The position numbers and the translations under genes are program-made. The notes beneath the pieces were generated by a model. That model did no database searches. It saw only the letters and a list, made by a program, of their open reading frames with translations, and had not been told where the DNA came from. A DNA stretch of 64,000 nucleotides from a virus, in IMG/VR virus record IMGVR_UViG_3300025011_000027, positions 27,967-91,966 of that record; one strand, written 5' to 3'. Below, piece after piece: positions 48,379 through 57,743 of this stretch (positions within the stretch are counted from its first letter, which is position 1; every line of letters starts with the position of its first letter).

Positions 48379-48891
48379 TTACTCTTTAGGTTTAAATATT
48401 CCCAACAATAAGTTTTTGGGCATTTCCTTTGCAATCACTAAAGCATGCTTGGCTTTCAGGGAAATGCGAATCTTCAATCCAGCATAAATTCCATAATCGT
48501 CTCCTGCTTCGATGCCCGATCCTGCTTCGATGCCCGATCCTGCTTCGATGCCCCATCCTGCTTTGATGCCCCATCCTGCTTTGATGCCCCATCCTGCTTC
48601 GATGCCCGATCCTGCTTTGATACTTAGTGTCGCTTTCAGAAAACCTTTAATTCTAATAAACCCGGCAAAGAAGAGGTTCCCTTCAACTTCAAAATCACCA
48701 TCAATTTCCATGACTGCATCAGTTTTTCCTATATTACTCAACAGCCAGTCTGCATAACCACTTTCATCCTCCTTAGCTAAAAGATCAAGAACATCTTGAT
48801 ACTCAGCACCTTCTGGAAAATGATCAGAAAAGTACTTTTGGCCAGAACTACAAGCAGATTTTTCTTTAAGTAATTCCAATGTAATAAACAT
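48379..48891 (-). CDS. hexapeptide-repeat (beta-helix) protein
   Basis: ACSSG..YF...FP N-terminus; I(K/E)AG(S/W)G repeats. Confidence 0.7.
   Translation of the reverse strand: MFITLELLKEKSACSSGQKYFSDHFPEGAEYQDVLDLLAKEDESGYADWLLSNIGKTDAVMEIDGDFEVEGNLFFAGFIRIKGFLKATLSIKAGSGIEAGWGIKAGWGIKAGWGIEAGSGIEAGSGIEAGDDYGIYAGLKIRISLKAKHALVIAKEMPKNLLLGIFKPKE
48502..48621. repeat. 18-bp tandem repeat, about 6.7 copies, coding
   Basis: TCCTGCTT(C/T)GATGCCC(G/C)A units. Confidence 0.9.
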
Positions 48892-48956
48892 AGTTAATTC
48901 CCACTTTCTTTTTTAAACTACTTATTTACTTATGCATTCTTCGATCATAATTAAAT

Positions 48957-49262
48957 TCATCGAAGATACCCCCTGAGTCTTAACTTGGCCTCATGCCTGC
49001 TCATTACTTCTGATAGGTCTATGTCGTACTGCTCAGCTATGGTATACATCATCGTTGAGGCGCTCTGTGCTACATCTGCGGCCTCTTCAATTAGTTTTTC
49101 CGGGTCTAACTCCACAGTATTAATTTCCCCGCTTGCTTTGATTCCTTTACCATAGTGCTGAAACAATTCTCCAACTTCTTCTATGAGCTTCATAGAGCAT
49201 GCATGAAGATTAGGAGTTAACCTATCCAACTTCTTAAAACATAAGCTAATTAATTTTTTAAT
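48957..49262 (-). CDS. MazG-like nucleotide pyrophosphohydrolase (probable ATT start at 49262)
   Basis: KLIEEVGEL...EEAADVAQSA...HEAKL..RGY; GGGAGG upstream of an in-frame ATT. Confidence 0.75.
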   Translation of the reverse strand: MKKLISLCFKKLDRLTPNLHACSMKLIEEVGELFQHYGKGIKASGEINTVELDPEKLIEEAADVAQSASTMMYTIAEQYDIDLSEVMSRHEAKLRLRGYLR

Positions 49263-49328
49263 AAATATCCCTCCCTTATTAAAAAATTAGAACTCACCTC
49301 CCTTCAGTTATACTAAAAATGAAGCTTA

Positions 49329-50654
49329 CTATTTTACTTCTCCATCTTCAATATAGATTCCCACTGTTCCGGTCTCATCAACAACTTCCATCCATATCTG
49401 AAAGTCATTCTCCGCGGCCATGCGCTCTATCACAGCCATATGAGCTTTGTCGAGTAAAGAACCATCGTCTATTCTGATCACTCTAAGTTCTGGATTCAGC
49501 GCCATTGCAATTGCTAAAGATACTTGAAGCTTTTGAGCGGAGCTTGCCTGCTCGAATGGTAATCCTTGATATATAACCCCACCGGCCATGAAGTCTAGCC
49601 CTTCGATAGGAAACTTAGTTGCTTTCATTAACTCAGCTTTATAATTCAAGACAGCATCTATTTGGGATGTACATACTTTGGATTCCTCTTTGAGAGTTTC
49701 ATAAGAGTCCTTAGCGGTTAAGTATTCTTCCCAATCTCTTGCTTTTTGATTGGTCTCATCCGCACTTGCAATGCGCTCGTTAATGTCAGTTAGGTCAACA
49801 TCCTCAAGAGCTTCCACTTCGGCACTGAAAGGTTCAAGTAGCACTCTTGAATTTTCCAATTCTTCGGTAAGGGTAATCAGTATCCCTTCCTGCTCCGCAA
49901 GTTGATTTTTCAGCTTTTCAATGATGGAATTTACCTGAGCTATGTCACGTTCGTGTTGGCGTATGTTCGAATCCTTTTCCCCTTTAAGTTTGCGCTGCTT
50001 TTCATTGTTAAGATTGATTTCGGTCAGTCTTTCTTTCTCTGCAACCAGCTCTGAAATACTAACTGCTGAGGTTTCAACCGCTCCGGACTTGCTCTCGAAT
50101 GTTGCTTTTGCTTTATCCCTTTCTCTATTCACACCAGTACGGGTATCGAAAGCATCTTTGTAAACATTGTTTAAAGTTGCAAGAGGATTAACTCCCTCTT
50201 TTACAACAACACCGGATATCTCAGCCAACTTGTCAATATCAATGGAAATAGATACGATACCAAGAAGTGTATCCACCTGTACTTTCTTGTCAGCTTTAGA
50301 GAAGGCAAGCGGGTCAAAGCTAAACTTACCAATCAGCTTATCAAGCATAGCTTGAGGACTAGAGAACTTAAGCCCTTTTGCATTGGTTACTTCAAGAGTG
50401 GAACCGCGTTCAGTAAATTTACGAGTAACGATCATATCACCAAGATTAACGGTGACATTAGCTTTCTTTTGACCATTACGAATGGGCTGCTCACAGATAT
50501 TCTTTGTCCCGCAAAGTGCATACCAAATTGAATCTAAAACGGTAGTTTTTCCTTGCTCATTTGGCCCTGAAATCTTGACCACATTACCTTCTGGAATAAT
50601 GGTAATTGCTTTTAGCTTCTTAACGTTTTCAACCTGTAGACCCACAACTTTCAT
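49329..50654 (-). CDS. SbcC/Rad50-like ABC ATPase with coiled coil
   Basis: GPNEQGKTT, coiled coil, QASSAQ signature, IRIDDGSLLD. Confidence 0.85.
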   Translation of the reverse strand: MKVVGLQVENVKKLKAITIIPEGNVVKISGPNEQGKTTVLDSIWYALCGTKNICEQPIRNGQKKANVTVNLGDMIVTRKFTERGSTLEVTNAKGLKFSSPQAMLDKLIGKFSFDPLAFSKADKKVQVDTLLGIVSISIDIDKLAEISGVVVKEGVNPLATLNNVYKDAFDTRTGVNRERDKAKATFESKSGAVETSAVSISELVAEKERLTEINLNNEKQRKLKGEKDSNIRQHERDIAQVNSIIEKLKNQLAEQEGILITLTEELENSRVLLEPFSAEVEALEDVDLTDINERIASADETNQKARDWEEYLTAKDSYETLKEESKVCTSQIDAVLNYKAELMKATKFPIEGLDFMAGGVIYQGLPFEQASSAQKLQVSLAIAMALNPELRVIRIDDGSLLDKAHMAVIERMAAENDFQIWMEVVDETGTVGIYIEDGEVK

Positions 50655-50684
50655 AAATAAAAACCCTTTCCTTAGTTAAAGATT

Positions 50685-50981
50685 TTAGACCTCATTATAA
50701 AGTTTAGTTAAACCATCTATAGTCTCATTTAAGCTCTTAACATGTGATTTAAGAATATTAATGGTTGACTCAAGATCGGATTGCTTAGACGCCATATAAT
50801 AACCGTCCGGTCCTGAACAAATAGGATACCCATGCTCTCTGAGATCATGAATCTTAACACGAATATCCCTAATACAGGAAGCATACTTTAAACTTACCAA
50901 ATCCTTTGACTTAATTGACTTTGACTCTCCACAATGATGTGCAACTAAATATTCTCCGAGCTGCTTTAACTTATCATCCAC
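50685..50981 (-). CDS. winged-HTH DNA-binding protein
   Basis: RDIRVKIHDLREHGYPICS...GYYMA. Confidence 0.7.
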   Translation of the reverse strand: MDDKLKQLGEYLVAHHCGESKSIKSKDLVSLKYASCIRDIRVKIHDLREHGYPICSGPDGYYMASKQSDLESTINILKSHVKSLNETIDGLTKLYNEV

Positions 50982-51020
50982 TGTATTTTCCCTCCTTTAA
51001 TAATCAACTGTATGTTTAGA

Positions 51021-51050
51021 TATATAACAAAACCGCTCTAGTTTTTAAGC
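51021..51050 (-). promoter_or_regulatory. phage-specific promoter motif (copy 6), overlapping a terminator hairpin (51029-51063)
   Basis: CTTAAAAA lies in the loop of AACCGCTCTAG/CTAGAGCGGTT. Confidence 0.7.
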
Positions 51051-51088
51051 TAGAGCGGTTTTTATTTCGTATTAATTTTTTAAGGTAC

Positions 51089-52012
51089 CTAGCTTACAAG
51101 GCTGATAAGAAGATTGTCCATTCCCCTGTCTATATCCATCCGACCTGTCTTCATGTAAACCTCAGCCTTCTGGATTAGTTTGAGCTTATCTATCAACTCT
51201 TGAAGGTCAAACATACCAATTGAGTCCTTATTTTGATTAACCTGCCAGATTGAAAGGCCCGTCTTAGCTGCTATATCTGTCGCACTAAGTCCATGCATAG
51301 ACTGAATAAGGAATAGCTGCTTAAACTGAGTATATAGAATGGAAATTATCTTGATGGGACTTTCTTTAAGTGCGATCAAATCAGCGTATAATTCCCATGC
51401 CCTTGTCAGCTCTTTCTTCGCCACAGCTTTCATCATGTCGAATATCTTATCCTCGGCGGGCGGTTCAATAAGCTCATTGATAACATCCAGATTATACTCA
51501 GCATAACCACTGTGACGAATCTTATGGCATTCATTCTCAATGCGAGATACCTCATTATTGCAGTACCTAGATATTAGCATTGCGAAGTCTTCTGGATAAT
51601 CTTCGGAAACATTAAGGGACTTTTGAACTGTCCTTATTAACTGAGAATCGCTAAACTTCTCAAAGTTTACGAGGTACGATTTCTTTGCGGCTTTAAAGAA
51701 TTTCATGCGCTCATCTACTTTGTCAAATACAAGAATAAGGGTATCCTTACCAATCATCGTTTGCAGGTCCTTTATTTCCATTTCCAATACCGCTTTATCA
51801 TTACGAATTACAAACGTATTAGGAGCCTTTGAGTTAAACAGTCCGACATTTTGAAGTCTCACTTTAATGGATTGTAAAGTTGTAACCTCAATGGGAGTAG
51901 GGTCGATGCGGTGAATATACTTACGCATGACTTCGCGCTCTTCACCAGTAAATACGTACAAAGACTGAGTAACCCCTTTATCCAATTCTTTCTTAAGCTG
52001 TGAGAAGTCCAT
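51089..52012 (-). CDS. holA: DNA polymerase III delta subunit
   Basis: LYVFTGEE, VGLF, KVDERMKFFK, IENECHK, KIFDM, ESPIKIISIL, MKTG. Confidence 0.8.
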   Translation of the reverse strand: MDFSQLKKELDKGVTQSLYVFTGEEREVMRKYIHRIDPTPIEVTTLQSIKVRLQNVGLFNSKAPNTFVIRNDKAVLEMEIKDLQTMIGKDTLILVFDKVDERMKFFKAAKKSYLVNFEKFSDSQLIRTVQKSLNVSEDYPEDFAMLISRYCNNEVSRIENECHKIRHSGYAEYNLDVINELIEPPAEDKIFDMMKAVAKKELTRAWELYADLIALKESPIKIISILYTQFKQLFLIQSMHGLSATDIAAKTGLSIWQVNQNKDSIGMFDLQELIDKLKLIQKAEVYMKTGRMDIDRGMDNLLISLVS

Positions 52013-52015
52013 CAG

Positions 52016-52285
52016 TTACACCTCTTTCCATTGCCAAGCTACCCCACAATCACCAGATATTACGAAGCTGTCAAGACTAAATGTTTTGTTGTTAATGTCA
52101 ACCGCCAGCAAATCAATTCCCATGCTCTCGTAATCATCTAAGATATCCCTAGCTACTTTAAGAGCTTTGATAGCTGAATTGGAATCTTTTCCCCTTACCT
52201 TTAATAACTTAGCGTCAAGCTCTTTCTTGAACCTATCCAAGTTCTTGGAGCATAGATCATTTTTGGGAGTTAAGCCAATTGCCAT
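52016..52285 (-). CDS. hypothetical protein
   Basis: Coupled ORF. Confidence 0.5.
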   Translation of the reverse strand: MAIGLTPKNDLCSKNLDRFKKELDAKLLKVRGKDSNSAIKALKVARDILDDYESMGIDLLAVDINNKTFSLDSFVISGDCGVAWQWKEV

Positions 52286-53067
52286 GCTATATCCCTCATT
52301 TCGACTAACATCATTTCCAATAAGTTTGTCTTATTGACTGACTTATTGGACATGAATGATTTTGCTTCGTATACTCTAATGAGTAGGTTATTGATCATTT
52401 TGAAGTTGGTAGTTACCCCTTCTTCCGCAATTAAGTTATCTCTCAATACCTTAATGAGGAATTTAAGAAACAATTCGTACTGATCAGGAACGACTGACTT
52501 TAAGATATTAAAGGCGTTAGCCACTGATATCTTATGGAGGTTATTAGCTACCTTCACACAATGGTTATAAAGGCTTTTATAGTCAATCTGTTCATACTCA
52601 AGTACCTGACCTGGATTGTCACATACTGAAAGTAAAATAGGATCATCTGTAAACTCTAGCATGTCAGCTTCAGAGTAACCTTCCAATCGTATGATTAAAG
52701 CTCTCGACTGAATAGTGGATAATAGCTCATCAGCTTGCTCGACTGTCAGGATGATATAAGCATTTTTTGGAGGTTCTTCAGCAAGTTTCAGCAAAGCATT
52801 CTGAGCTTGAACAGTCATAGTTCCCGCATCTGCTAATAGATAGAACTTAGGAGTGTGAAGTGTCACAGAATCGGCGACGATGGCGCGTACGGCGTCAACC
52901 TTCATGTCTTCCGGGATATACACTAATGCTTTCATTTTACTTGCTAGAGCGTTTGCCAGTGTTTGTTTTCCCTGGCCTTTAGCTCCTACTAATATTAGAA
53001 AGTGAGGGAGGGAGTTATGGGTAATATAACTCCCAAGTATGTCTCTTACTCTCTCTTGTCCTATCAA
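52270..53067 (-). CDS. holB: DNA polymerase III delta-prime subunit
   Basis: MIGQE, GAKGQGK, AQNALLKLAEEPP, LLSTIQSRA. Confidence 0.85.
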   Translation of the reverse strand: MIGQERVRDILGSYITHNSLPHFLILVGAKGQGKQTLANALASKMKALVYIPEDMKVDAVRAIVADSVTLHTPKFYLLADAGTMTVQAQNALLKLAEEPPKNAYIILTVEQADELLSTIQSRALIIRLEGYSEADMLEFTDDPILLSVCDNPGQVLEYEQIDYKSLYNHCVKVANNLHKISVANAFNILKSVVPDQYELFLKFLIKVLRDNLIAEEGVTTNFKMINNLLIRVYEAKSFMSNKSVNKTNLLEMMLVEMRDIAWQLA

Positions 53068-54251
53068 AGTTGCAACAAACTCCCCTCAATGAGATATTTT
53101 GGATGACGCTCATACTTGATTAAATTGGTCAAAGAACTGAGTGAAGTGAAAAGATCGTCAAGATAGGTTTCGTTCATTCCAAAGAGTATTGCGTCCATTA
53201 ATGTGTAATACACTGAAGGGACGGATACGTAGTCAAAGTTTTTCAGGAGCTGGACTTTTCTGAGATCAACCACAAATCCTGCAAATCCTTTGACAAACTG
53301 CTTCAAATCTTTACCATCCAAGTGTATACGCTCAATGAGAGCTATCAAATCCTTTTTGTCATATCCGTTCATGTGGGTTAGTATCTCCATAAGCTGAATG
53401 TAATCGTCATAACTTGACGCTCCAAGTATCTCCATTACATCCGTCAAGTAGACTTCCTTCTTGTAGCTAAGGCAAGTGTCAAGTAAGCTAATTGCGTCCC
53501 GCATACCACCGTCAGCAAGCTTAGCTAAGTACTCAATAGCGGGATAATCTACAGATACAGATTCATCCCTATCAAAAACACTAAGCTGCTCGAAGGGAAC
53601 CTCACAAAGATCGTCAAGTACCACACCAGTCTCAGTTACTAAAGTAACGTTATAAGTACTACCAGCCAAGAAGTTGTTAGCGTAATCTTCCATGCAAGCT
53701 AATGTCTCGCCAACTTCAAAAGGTTTAAAGTCAACGTTTTCCATTCCTATGATATACTCAAGTCTTTCTATTATTTGCTCAGTCTTCAGACGCTTGTAAT
53801 CGAACCTCTGTACCCTACTGAGAATCGTTGCAGGTATCTTCTGAGGGTCGGTAGTGCATAAGATGAACACAACATGCGCGGGCGGCTCTTCTAACGTCTT
53901 TAAGAGGGCATTAAATGCTCCTGTGGACAGCATATGAACCTCATCAATGAGATAAACTTTAAATTGGGCGCCGAGAGGTTTATACTTGCAAGCTTCTCGA
54001 ATCTCACGCACTTGATCCACACCATTGTTTGAAGCAGCGTCGATCTCAAGCGGCTCGACATTTCCATTAATAGCTCTAGCAAAGATACGAGCAATAGTTG
54101 TTTTCCCAGTCCCTGCTCCTCCGCAAAATAAATAAGCTTGCTTAGTATCGTTAGCCTCAATTTGATTCTGAAGTATTGTGAGAATGTTCTCCTGACCTGA
54201 TACATCCTCCCAGTTTTTAGGTCTGTACTTCGTCGCTAATGCCTCTGCCAT
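53064..54251 (-). CDS. dnaX: DNA polymerase III gamma/tau subunit (gamma-like, with insertion)
   Basis: KYRP, GTGKTT, EIDAASNNGVD, IDEVHMLSTGAFNALLKTLEEPP, GGMRDAISLLD. Confidence 0.95.
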   Translation of the reverse strand: MAEALATKYRPKNWEDVSGQENILTILQNQIEANDTKQAYLFCGGAGTGKTTIARIFARAINGNVEPLEIDAASNNGVDQVREIREACKYKPLGAQFKVYLIDEVHMLSTGAFNALLKTLEEPPAHVVFILCTTDPQKIPATILSRVQRFDYKRLKTEQIIERLEYIIGMENVDFKPFEVGETLACMEDYANNFLAGSTYNVTLVTETGVVLDDLCEVPFEQLSVFDRDESVSVDYPAIEYLAKLADGGMRDAISLLDTCLSYKKEVYLTDVMEILGASSYDDYIQLMEILTHMNGYDKKDLIALIERIHLDGKDLKQFVKGFAGFVVDLRKVQLLKNFDYVSVPSVYYTLMDAILFGMNETYLDDLFTSLSSLTNLIKYERHPKYLIEGSLLQL

Positions 54252-54270
54252 TTGTTATTTCCACCTTTCT

Positions 54271-54474
54271 TTAATCTTTAAATTCAAAGCTTCTTAATGG
54301 CTCATAGGAGATAACTTTTCTCGATAGCTCAGTATAAATTTCTTCATCGTCAACCAAGACTCGAAGAGTTATCCCATCATCTACTTCCAAATGAAGCTCA
54401 TCGTTAACCATACAGATATTTGTTAAAGTCTTACCAATAAGTATTTTCCTTAGTTTTTCGAGGTCGTTCTTCAT
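54271..54474 (-). CDS. hypothetical protein
   Basis: RBS. Confidence 0.5.
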   Translation of the reverse strand: MKNDLEKLRKILIGKTLTNICMVNDELHLEVDDGITLRVLVDDEEIYTELSRKVISYEPLRSFEFKD

Positions 54475-54478
54475 TGGT

Positions 54479-54733
54479 TTAGTCCTCCTTTAGTGTTACT
54501 CTCGACATTTCGACAATTGCCACTCCACCATCGGGCAGCATTTCAGGATTAAGTCGATAGAATGTCCTACCTGATTTGATACTTTCACTCACAATGGTAA
54601 TATGAGAGCCAGCGGCTAAATATAAATATCTATCGTTACCCATTCTATCTCTGTACCTTAGAGGATAATTCTGAGTAACGTAACCACTTCGAATCATTTC
54701 ACGATCTCTACCTTTAAAGTCTTCTTCCCCCAC
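54479..54733 (-). CDS. hypothetical protein (start probably ~54697)
   Basis: Overlaps the 3D-domain gene. Confidence 0.45.
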   Translation of the reverse strand: MGEEDFKGRDREMIRSGYVTQNYPLRYRDRMGNDRYLYLAAGSHITIVSESIKSGRTFYRLNPEMLPDGGVAIVEMSRVTLKED

Positions 54734-55182
54734 TCTTTTGCCCTCCCTAAGTCTGAGATATACAGGTCGATCTTGTGACCTTTGACAGCACTTCCGCTAT
54801 CTTCAACAGTGTATATTCCAGACAAAGACTCGATTCTAACTCTTGTGCCTTTTGGTAATATGCGCCAATCCGCTGAGATAGTTCTTCCTTCTTGAACGTA
54901 TGTTCCTGTTGCAGTTATTCCATAACCTTTATCACCAGGACGTTTTCCTGTTGATTCTACTCCCGCGGTGTAAGCGGTGATAGTGAAGTTACCCATATCT
55001 ACATATGTTAGCTCTGAACTTCTTGAAACTTTTTCTTCTTCAGTCTTTACTGGCAATGGTAATACAGTAGCTAAGATAGCAGGGGCGGGTTGAGGCATGA
55101 TTTGCTCAGTACTCTCCAATACATTTGGGTCAGCTAGTAAAGAGCAAAGCACTATCAAAACTACCTGAGCTATCCTCTTCAT
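54694..55182 (-). CDS. secreted 3D-domain cell-wall protein
   Basis: Signal peptide; TAYT...GITATG...ISAD..ILP.GT...EDSGSAVKG.KIDLY. Confidence 0.88.
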   Translation of the reverse strand: MKRIAQVVLIVLCSLLADPNVLESTEQIMPQPAPAILATVLPLPVKTEEEKVSRSSELTYVDMGNFTITAYTAGVESTGKRPGDKGYGITATGTYVQEGRTISADWRILPKGTRVRIESLSGIYTVEDSGSAVKGHKIDLYISDLGRAKEWGKKTLKVEIVK

Positions 55183-55193
55183 TAAGTCCCTCC

Positions 55194-55541
55194 TTATTTA
55201 TTGATCTCTAGCCATGCAGCTAATAACATCATAAAATCATCATCCCTGAGTGCCATAAATTCATGATTATTGTCTCCAAAATCAAAGACAACTACCGGTA
55301 TCTCTTTGCCTCGCGCGAACGCTTCTTCCATGTTCTTGTCAAACCATTCACGTTGGAGAGTGTGAGACTTTTGAGGTCTTTTAAGTGTCTTACACTCGAT
55401 CATTAATTTATCTGTGGTTACGTCTCCTTTCTGAAATAAAGTGGCTCCGCTATTTGCAGTACGATTACCATTAACTATCTTAGCTACTTTGTCTTCTTGA
55501 CGTTTAGAATAAAATCTGTTCGGCTTATCATCACTTGGCAC
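55194..55541 (-). CDS. PD-(D/E)XK nuclease, Hjc-like Holliday junction resolvase
   Basis: SKRQE..VAK...NSGAT..QKGDV...IECKT. Confidence 0.7.
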   Translation of the reverse strand: MPSDDKPNRFYSKRQEDKVAKIVNGNRTANSGATLFQKGDVTTDKLMIECKTLKRPQKSHTLQREWFDKNMEEAFARGKEIPVVVFDFGDNNHEFMALRDDDFMMLLAAWLEINK

Positions 55542-55562
55542 TCAATTCCTCACCTCTCTTAA

Positions 55563-55592
55563 TATATAATAAAAGGCCCGCATTTTTTAAGT
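55563..55592 (-). promoter_or_regulatory. phage-specific promoter motif (copy 7), within a terminator-like hairpin
   Basis: ACTTAAAAAA...TTATTATATA. Confidence 0.6.
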
Positions 55593-55607
55593 GCGAGCCT
55601 TACTTTT

Positions 55608-56225
55608 TTATTCAACTACTTCCATACTGGTTATGGATTTTTTGACTACCCAACCCTGCCACGTAACCTTTGCAAGTGCTTCTCTCAGTGCTTCATAGTT
55701 TGCTTTTAGCTCTTCTTCAGTTTCGAACGGATTTATATGAGCATGTTTCCCGCATATGGGACCTAGACCATATAACAAACTTACGGGGTGAGTTAATTCT
55801 CTTCCGCAATGCATGCAAGCATCAGTTGGAAACGGTTGAGCGTGTAAGCTCATCTTATACATTCCTGGTGTTTCTTCAAGTATTGTACCAAACATCGTTC
55901 TGAAAGGCATTGGAATGTCATTGTTGATCTTTTTCATGAGGTCAAAGTCAGGAGTTGATTTCTTGGTCATGTAAGCTCTAACTGATATTTTATAAAGCTT
56001 ATTAGTCACTTCTACAGATTCTTCTTTAGGAGCTGAGGGTATATTTGGAACTTCTGATTGTAGTCTTCCCGTCTCAGCTCCCTTTGTGCTTAGCTGCGGC
56101 TTGAAGTTTAGCTCTATTTTGAATTCTCCCGTGAAGTCTTTGAGAGCTTCGAGTGCTGAGGCAGAGTCTTTATACTCCACCCCGTTAACCCTAAGTGGTT
56201 TGTTGACGCTCAGTAAGTTAAGCAT
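55608..56225 (-). CDS. DUF6011-like Zn-finger protein
   Basis: CMHCGRELTHPVS..YGLGPICGKH. Confidence 0.7.
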   Translation of the reverse strand: MLNLLSVNKPLRVNGVEYKDSASALEALKDFTGEFKIELNFKPQLSTKGAETGRLQSEVPNIPSAPKEESVEVTNKLYKISVRAYMTKKSTPDFDLMKKINNDIPMPFRTMFGTILEETPGMYKMSLHAQPFPTDACMHCGRELTHPVSLLYGLGPICGKHAHINPFETEEELKANYEALREALAKVTWQGWVVKKSITSMEVVE

Positions 56226-56463
56226 TTTTTACCTCCCCTTCCGCTCTGAGTATCGGAGCCATTGAGTATTGACCCATCGGCCAAATCATTTCATTTCCGT
56301 TCATATCTGGATATACTTTTCGTCTAACCTGACCTTCGTCACCAGTTATAGTTATTGTGTTTGCAGTACGCTTGATCACTTTGAATGTCCAAACACAGTT
56401 ATGATCACAAACAGAGTTGCAAGAGTATGTTTTTCCAGCTTCGAATTTTCTCAAGTTGCTCAC
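56218..56463 (-). CDS. hypothetical early protein
   Basis: KFEAGKTY...CDHNCVW..KVIKRTA. Confidence 0.6.
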   Translation of the reverse strand: MSNLRKFEAGKTYSCNSVCDHNCVWTFKVIKRTANTITITGDEGQVRRKVYPDMNGNEMIWPMGQYSMAPILRAEGEVKNA

Positions 56464-56496
56464 TCGCTTTCTTTGGTGTAATTAACTTACAATGTA

Positions 56497-56525
56497 ATAT
56501 TAACATATAATAACACCATTGTCAA
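56497..56525 (-). promoter_or_regulatory. early sigmaA-type promoter
   Basis: TTGACA-17-TAATAT with TATTATATGT in the spacer. Confidence 0.75.
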
Positions 56526-56526
56526 A

Positions 56527-56563
56527 TAAAAAAGAAGCTAAGCGGTTAAGCTCAGCTTCTTTT
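56527..56563 (-). terminator. intrinsic terminator
   Basis: AAGAAGCTGAGC-TTAACC-GCTTAGCTTCTT-TTTT. Confidence 0.7.
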
Positions 56564-56579
56564 AACGGTTCGATAATTC

Positions 56580-57464
56580 TTAGTAGATGGTGCCGAAAAC
56601 GATATCAACGCCTGTTTTCTCTTTCAGCATAGCTTGGATTTTGGTCTTGGTGTTAAAGTCTTTAGAGCTAACTTTGTCACCTTTGACGATCAACTTGTGG
56701 CTCCAATACACGTTATGTTTGGTCTCCCAAATCATAGACCAATCAGCAGTTTTACCTGTGAAAGTAACGAGCTTGTAATTCTCATCGCGTCCCTGCTCTA
56801 CTAACTTGGTGTAATGCTCAGTCTCATCGGTGTAGGGGAGAGTCTTCTCAGCTTTAGGCTCTTTCTTAGGAGGCTTAAGAGCATCTTTAGCGGCTTTCTC
56901 AGCATCTTTTTTGGCTTTTTCTTCAGCCTTTTCGGCGTCTTTCTTAGCCTTAGCTTCTGCTTTCTCAGCATCTTTTTTGGCTTTTTCGTCAGCTTTGACT
57001 TTATCAGCGGCAGCCTTTTCCTCGTCTTTTTTGGCTTTGGCGTCTGCTTTAGCTTTATCCGCTGCTGCTTTCTCAGCTTCTTTAGCGGCAATTTCTTCAG
57101 GAGTGGGAGCTTTAGCAGCTTTCTCAGCTTCTTTGGCTGCTTTTGCAGCGGCTTTGTCAGCTTCTTTTTTGGCTTTAGCGTCAGCTTTATCGGATGCGGC
57201 TGAAGATACTACTTTTCCGTCAACCATAATCGACGCAAGAGATTCAGCGGGACGTTCTGCTTTTTGCTCATCTGTACGGGCATCGTCGGTGATCACATAC
57301 CACTTTTTGAAGGTTGCTTCATTGATGTCAACTTGGCTTCCATCTTCAAGGACGATAGCTACCATTCCAGTACCTAGGATATTGGCTTCTCCCTTTTTTT
57401 GATTGCGGATATTCAGTACTCGTACCATTCCCGGGGTAGTTGCTTTTTCAGTCATTTTTAACAA
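56580..57464 (-). CDS. Lys/Ala/Glu-rich repeat protein
   Basis: ~110 aa of KAKKDAEKA-type repeats between two small globular domains. Confidence 0.75.
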   Translation of the reverse strand: MLKMTEKATTPGMVRVLNIRNQKKGEANILGTGMVAIVLEDGSQVDINEATFKKWYVITDDARTDEQKAERPAESLASIMVDGKVVSSAASDKADAKAKKEADKAAAKAAKEAEKAAKAPTPEEIAAKEAEKAAADKAKADAKAKKDEEKAAADKVKADEKAKKDAEKAEAKAKKDAEKAEEKAKKDAEKAAKDALKPPKKEPKAEKTLPYTDETEHYTKLVEQGRDENYKLVTFTGKTADWSMIWETKHNVYWSHKLIVKGDKVSSKDFNTKTKIQAMLKEKTGVDIVFGTIY

Positions 57465-57542
57465 ACCTCTTTCTATCTTTTAATTTTTTGATTACGTTAG
57501 GTAGCTGTCTCGCGTGTAAGCACTTGTTTTGCTTACAATGTA

Positions 57543-57571
57543 ATATTATCATGTAATAGGTTTAATGTCAA
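57543..57571 (-). promoter_or_regulatory. sigmaA-type promoter
   Basis: TTGACA-17-TAATAT with an A-rich UP element. Confidence 0.7.
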
Positions 57572-57664
57572 CCCTTTTTAAAATTTAATTTAAGCTACCT
57601 TTTATTAGTATAGACAGCTAGTGGATGACTTAAACATCTACACCACAAATAATATGATAGTGTA

Positions 57665-57693
57665 ATATTATTACCCTTTAGGGCATAAGTCAA
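57665..57693 (-). promoter_or_regulatory. sigmaA-type promoter
   Basis: TTGACT-17-TAATAT. Confidence 0.6.
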
Positions 57694-57743
57694 TACCTGA
57701 AAAGGACAAAAGCGAGGAAATTCCCCGCTTTTTAAAAATTATT

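Noticed and set aside
48502-48621. Tandem repeat as a CRISPR array or DGR repeat
   Set aside because: No spacers, it codes in frame, and there is no reverse transcriptase.
53560-53740. DnaX or RecA insertions as inteins
   Set aside because: Too short; no C/S start, no HN-C/S/T end, no splicing blocks.
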